Positions 30,892-36,510 of a stretch of 36,510 bases of DNA are shown here, in pieces; position 1 is the stretch's first letter, and each line of letters opens with the position of its first letter. The notes below the pieces were generated by a model. The model did no database searches. It was given only the letters and a program-made list of their open reading frames with translations, and was not told the DNA's origin. The position numbers and the translations under genes were made by a program. The stretch is from an uncultured Bdellovibrionales bacterium (GTDB taxonomy: Bacteria > Patescibacteriota > Minisyncoccia > Moranbacterales > UBA1568), in NCBI GenBank assembly GCA_964459475.1, contig CAYWLN010000003.1:1-36510 (forward strand), read 5' to 3'.

Positions 30892-31712
30892 AGGAACTAT
30901 CAGCCATAAGCCATAAGCTAAAAGCTAAGAAATCTCTAGGACAGAACTTTCTCCACGATGAATCAATCATCGAGGGCATATTTGAGGTAGCCAATGTCGA
31001 GGCGAGCGACTGGGTCCTCGAGGTAGGGCCTGGGACGGGAGCCCTCACCTTTCGTCTATCCGACCAGGTTGAAAAGCTTCTCGCTATTGAGCTTGATCAT
31101 ACGCTCGTCGAACGGCTTACGGCTCATTTTGTGGATTCAGAAAGCGTTTCGATTCTTGAGGGTAATATTCTCGATCTCCATCTGGAAGAAGTGCTCCGCT
31201 CGGCTGGTTTTGCCGATCATCCCTACAAGGTAATCGCCAATATTCCCTACTACATTACCGCTCCGATTATTCGGACACTCTTGTCACTCCCTATTCAGCC
31301 ACTGTCACTGACGCTCATGGTCCAGGAGGAGGTAGCCGATCGTCTCTCGGCCAAGCCTGGGAGTATGAGCCTTCTTTCTGTTATGGCACAGTATTATGCG
31401 TCTGTTGAGAAAAAATTGTTTGTCCCAAAAACGGCTTTTGATCCCGTGCCCAAGGTAGACAGTGCGATCGTCCATATCATCCCAAGACGACCATTTGATC
31501 ACGAGGCAGACAGAAAAGTATTTCGCTTGGCGCGAGCCGGATTTGCAGCGAGACGTAAGACTTTGGTCAACAATTTGTCCACGAGCTTTTCGGTAGAGCG
31601 GTCAGTGGTAGAGGGGCACCTCATGACACTCGGTCTCCGGAGTGATATCCGAGCCCAGGCCCTCTCGGTTCTAGACTGGGAGCACCTGTCGGCACTGTGG
31701 CAGGATGAGTAG
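30888..31712 (+). CDS. rsmA: 16S rRNA (adenine1518/1519-N6)-dimethyltransferase
   Basis: KKSLGQNFL and the SAM motif VLEVGPGTGALT. The length is 274 aa. Confidence 0.93.
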   Translation: MKELSAISHKLKAKKSLGQNFLHDESIIEGIFEVANVEASDWVLEVGPGTGALTFRLSDQVEKLLAIELDHTLVERLTAHFVDSESVSILEGNILDLHLEEVLRSAGFADHPYKVIANIPYYITAPIIRTLLSLPIQPLSLTLMVQEEVADRLSAKPGSMSLLSVMAQYYASVEKKLFVPKTAFDPVPKVDSAIVHIIPRRPFDHEADRKVFRLARAGFAARRKTLVNNLSTSFSVERSVVEGHLMTLGLRSDIRAQALSVLDWEHLSALWQDE

Positions 31713-31727
31713 GCAGTACACGGAATA

Positions 31728-31751
31728 AGTGACCCAATGCTTTGGGTCACT
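31728..31751. terminator. hairpin between convergent rsmA and the UbiA-family gene
   Basis: AGTGACCCA-atgctt-TGGGTCACT (9-bp stem). The U-tracts on both sides are weak. Confidence 0.45.
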
Positions 31752-31757
31752 GGCATT

Positions 31758-33389
31758 TTAGAGAGAAAAAACAATGACGAGTCCGAAGAGTGTCGTGATG
31801 CCGAGTATAATGCGGGGGAGTTTGCGATAGGCAAAGAAAGAATTTTCGTCGTCGGTTCCATTTTGAAGAGCGAAGAAGGCGAGACTGCCAAAGAGAATGG
31901 CTGGGAAAAAGAGCGCACGGAGGGCAAGGACGAGCGGAGAGAGAGCAAAGAGGAGAAAGAGGAGGCTCCCGATGACTTGCTTGCCCCGCTTGGCACCGAG
32001 GAGGACTGGGATAGTGTAGACCTGATCAGCCCGATCACCCTCGACATCTTTGAAGTCTTTGATGGGGATGGCGAGAAAATAGGCGACAAAGAGGTAGGCG
32101 AGGAGTGAGAGAGGAATGTCAGTGATGGTGTGTCCTGGGGATACTGAGACGACACCGGATACGAGGACAAGGAGGCCAGCTGAAGCTGCTAAAAGTGTGG
32201 CCAACCCGGGATACTGTTTGAGGCGGAGTGGAGGCGCTGAGTAGAGTGTAGCCAGGGCTTGGTAGGAGAGAAGGAGGAGCATAGCCGAGAAACTGACGAC
32301 GCCAGAGAGGAGGAGCGAGAAGAGGAAAAAGAGGATACCGTAGTTACGGTACTCATGCACGGGGATGGTATGTTCGATGAGGGGCCGCGCGGGATTGGTC
32401 AGGCGGTCGATCGCTGTGTCATGGAGGTCGTTTAGGACCACCGAAGCCATCCAGGCACACCAGGTGGCGAGGAGGAGTGAAAGGATACCGAGCACATGAA
32501 AAAATTCTAAGGCGATATGTCCCTCGGCAAAGAAAAAGGCGAGGAGCATACCAAGGAAAAGGAGTCCGGCGTGATAGATGAGTTGGGGGACACGAGCGTT
32601 TTTTATGAGCGCAAGAAAATGATGGGGCTGTGATCGGTAAAGAGTCAGGCCGGCGAGTCCTGCTGCCAAGAGTCCATAGACGAGACTCATTTTGAAATTG
32701 AGCACGCTCCGGAAATCAGTCAAGTCACGCCCGAGGATACGTTCGGGCGCAAGAAAGAGAGCAGCGATGTCGGTACTCCCCACCGTGAGGAGGCTCTTTT
32801 CGAGTGAGAGGACAAGGAGGGTGATCCAGGAGGGAAAGGTGCCAAGGACAAACAGGACGGTATAGGCGAGGAGTGAGACAAGGAGAGACCGGGCCAGCCG
32901 AGCGCTTTTCAAGTAGGTATAGAGGCCAAGGGCAAGCGTGACCAAGACCACCTCGATGCGTACTCCAAAGGTGATACCAATATCGGGAGTATCCCCAAAG
33001 AGGGTAAAGAAACGTACAAAAAGGCCACGAAGACCATCAAACTCGTAAAAGCTCCAGTAATTGCCAGCTCCAAAGATGGCACGGTCAATGAGGGGTGGAG
33101 TCCAGATGATAAGGAAGCCAAAGAGGAGAATATTTGTGGCCTGGGCGAGCGTGAGGCGTCCAGCGTAGCGGACCAGGGGGAGCATGATGAGAAAGGAGCA
33201 AAGGAAAAAGAGAAAAGTATGAGTGAACTCGAAAAAGAGAAAGAAGAGAGTGTGTTCAGTGAAACGCTCGAGAGTATTTTCGATGGCGAGTCGGACGAGG
33301 ATGAGTCCTAGGAACGTCACGGCAAATGACCCGAGCGTGAGCGGGGCGTTTTCAATGCGTCCGACGAGGTGGTGGAAGAAGCGTTTCAT
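31758..33389 (-). CDS. UbiA-family prenyltransferase with a long N-terminal polytopic extension
   Basis: The first Asp-rich motif, NDLHDTAIDR, appears only about 320 aa into the protein. The second motif is DFKDVEGDRAD. The total of 543 aa compares with roughly 290 aa for typical family members. Confidence 0.75.
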   Translation of the reverse strand: MKRFFHHLVGRIENAPLTLGSFAVTFLGLILVRLAIENTLERFTEHTLFFLFFEFTHTFLFFLCSFLIMLPLVRYAGRLTLAQATNILLFGFLIIWTPPLIDRAIFGAGNYWSFYEFDGLRGLFVRFFTLFGDTPDIGITFGVRIEVVLVTLALGLYTYLKSARLARSLLVSLLAYTVLFVLGTFPSWITLLVLSLEKSLLTVGSTDIAALFLAPERILGRDLTDFRSVLNFKMSLVYGLLAAGLAGLTLYRSQPHHFLALIKNARVPQLIYHAGLLFLGMLLAFFFAEGHIALEFFHVLGILSLLLATWCAWMASVVLNDLHDTAIDRLTNPARPLIEHTIPVHEYRNYGILFFLFSLLLSGVVSFSAMLLLLSYQALATLYSAPPLRLKQYPGLATLLAASAGLLVLVSGVVSVSPGHTITDIPLSLLAYLFVAYFLAIPIKDFKDVEGDRADQVYTIPVLLGAKRGKQVIGSLLFLLFALSPLVLALRALFFPAILFGSLAFFALQNGTDDENSFFAYRKLPRIILGITTLFGLVIVFSL

Positions 33390-33395
33390 AGCGGT

Positions 33396-33448
33396 ATTTT
33401 AGCATACTTCAGGCTGATGTAGAGTGTCAGACTGAGGTATGCTAAAAT
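33396..33448. promoter_or_regulatory. 53-bp imperfect palindrome carrying divergent TAAAAT -10-like boxes
   Basis: The arms ATTTTAGCATACTTCAG (33396-33412) and CTGAGGTATGCTAAAAT (33432-33448) are complementary at 16 of 17 positions. The loop itself contains CTGA...TCAG. Confidence 0.5.
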
Positions 33449-33589
33449 GGGGAAACACCTATGCCCGGCAGTGAAATTTCGGCCAGAAAGGATGAAATAC
33501 GCTGTTAGGGCGAGGGTATCAAAATAGAGAGCTATAGGTGAATAAATGAGACGTAAAACAGAAAAACGTCGAAATTCTACTGACCGGGT

Positions 33590-35845
<2,256 letters not shown>

Positions 35846-35849
35846 AGTG

Positions 35850-35879
35850 TAAAAAAGAAGTCCTAGGACTTCTTTTTTC
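35850..35879. terminator. bidirectional terminator (perfect palindrome)
   Basis: AAAAAAGAAGTCCTAGGACTTCTTTTTT lies between the convergent helicase and recombinase genes and overlaps the recombinase stop codon. Confidence 0.7.
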
Positions 35880-36510
35880 TTTTCGCGTGAAATGATTGGT
35901 GGACTTCTTTGAGGCGTTCGTTGGTGACGTGGGTGTAGATCTGGGTCGTCGTGATAGAAGAATGACCGAGCATGGCCTGGACGCTTCTGATGTCAGCACC
36001 ATTAGCAAGGAGGTCAGTAGCAAAGGAGTTGTGAGAGACAAAGCCGTCAGTAATAAGATTCTCAGTCTCAGCCACTGCAAAGTCATAGACGGGAAAGTGA
36101 CCAGAGAGGGTATCGAGTGAGGTGACACGAAGCCATTTGAATTGGTTTTTTCCTGCAAGACGTCGAAGTAAGTTGAGTCGTTCATCTTTGAAACCTATGC
36201 GCTTCAAGCGATTATAAAAGAGAAGAAGAGTATTTTTGGTAGGTACTATTTTGCCACTAGTATAGCGAGATGGATATCGCAGGGTCTGTTGATCAGCGCG
36301 CTTACTGTAGATAGAATATCCGTTTTCTTTGGCCTTACGTACGAGATCGGCGAGCATAGCTCCGGCTGGAATCTTTTCACCGACGTAATCATGTTCGATA
36401 GCAAAGCTTTTCAGTGTAGGAACAAGCCGGCGGAAGCTTTCCTGGTCTGGTTTACATAAAATTTGTAGGATATACATCGTATGGTCAATGGGGTTTGTGC
36501 TGAGTGGTAG
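35863..36510 (-). CDS. XerC/XerD-family tyrosine recombinase interrupted by an intein (5' end beyond the window)
   Basis: The last 54 aa, [34 protein letters not shown], form the box II / catalytic Tyr region. The frame stays open to position 36510. Confidence 0.8.
   Translation of the reverse strand, partial: LPLSTNPIDHTMYILQILCKPDQESFRRLVPTLKSFAIEHDYVGEKIPAGAMLADLVRKAKENGYSIYSKRADQQTLRYPSRYTSGKIVPTKNTLLLFYNRLKRIGFKDERLNLLRRLAGKNQFKWLRVTSLDTLSGHFPVYDFAVAETENLITDGFVSHNSFATDLLANGADIRSVQAMLGHSSITTTQIYTHVTNERLKEVHQSFHAKRKKKS
36028..36510 (-). other. intein, C-terminal portion (at least 161 aa, partial)
   Basis: It ends in [21 protein letters not shown] (blocks F and G) and is followed immediately by the +1 nucleophile Ser (codon 36025-36027) of the extein SFATDLL. 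Confidence 0.75.

Overview
This window is a compact, mostly housekeeping bacterial region. Small tightly packed genes, a free-standing four-helix-bundle gene and an isopentenyl phosphate kinase suggest an uncultivated small-genome lineage such as Patescibacteria/CPR, but that is inference only. Confidently recognised genes are an MsbA-like ABC exporter, family-4 UDG, a DHH/NrnA-like phosphoesterase, rbfA, ftsH, tilS, gmk, rpsA, gyrA, rpsO, pnp, yraN, lspA, comM/yifB, rsmA, a UvrD/PcrA helicase and five tRNAs (Cys, Leu, Arg, Ala, Val).

The most unusual signal is a set of 14 copies of the perfect palindrome TGTTCCACGTGGAACA between 6887 and 8202. It matches the chromosomal parS centromere consensus at 15 of 16 positions. 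Every copy lies inside, and is translated in frame with, one O-antigen-ligase-like membrane protein ORF, and the reading frame shifts by +1 at each neighbouring copy.

Other notable items:
- Truncated tRNA 5' copies carrying a GC-rich hairpin (CCTGCC-N-GCCGGCAGG) in the D-loop, upstream of intact tRNA genes at two loci.
- A roughly 590-nt ORF-free, helix-rich transcription unit with a consensus promoter and a terminator (candidate large ncRNA, 26147-26733).
- A XerC/D-type tyrosine recombinase interrupted by an intein at its catalytic box, cut by the window edge.
- A four-helix-bundle gene bracketed by inverted heptamer triplets.
- An AT-rich segment of about 4.2 kb bounded by tRNA genes.

No CRISPR array, cas genes, transposase or recognisable defence operon was seen. 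The ORF track uses GTG/TTG as well as ATG starts, so several starts were re-assigned.
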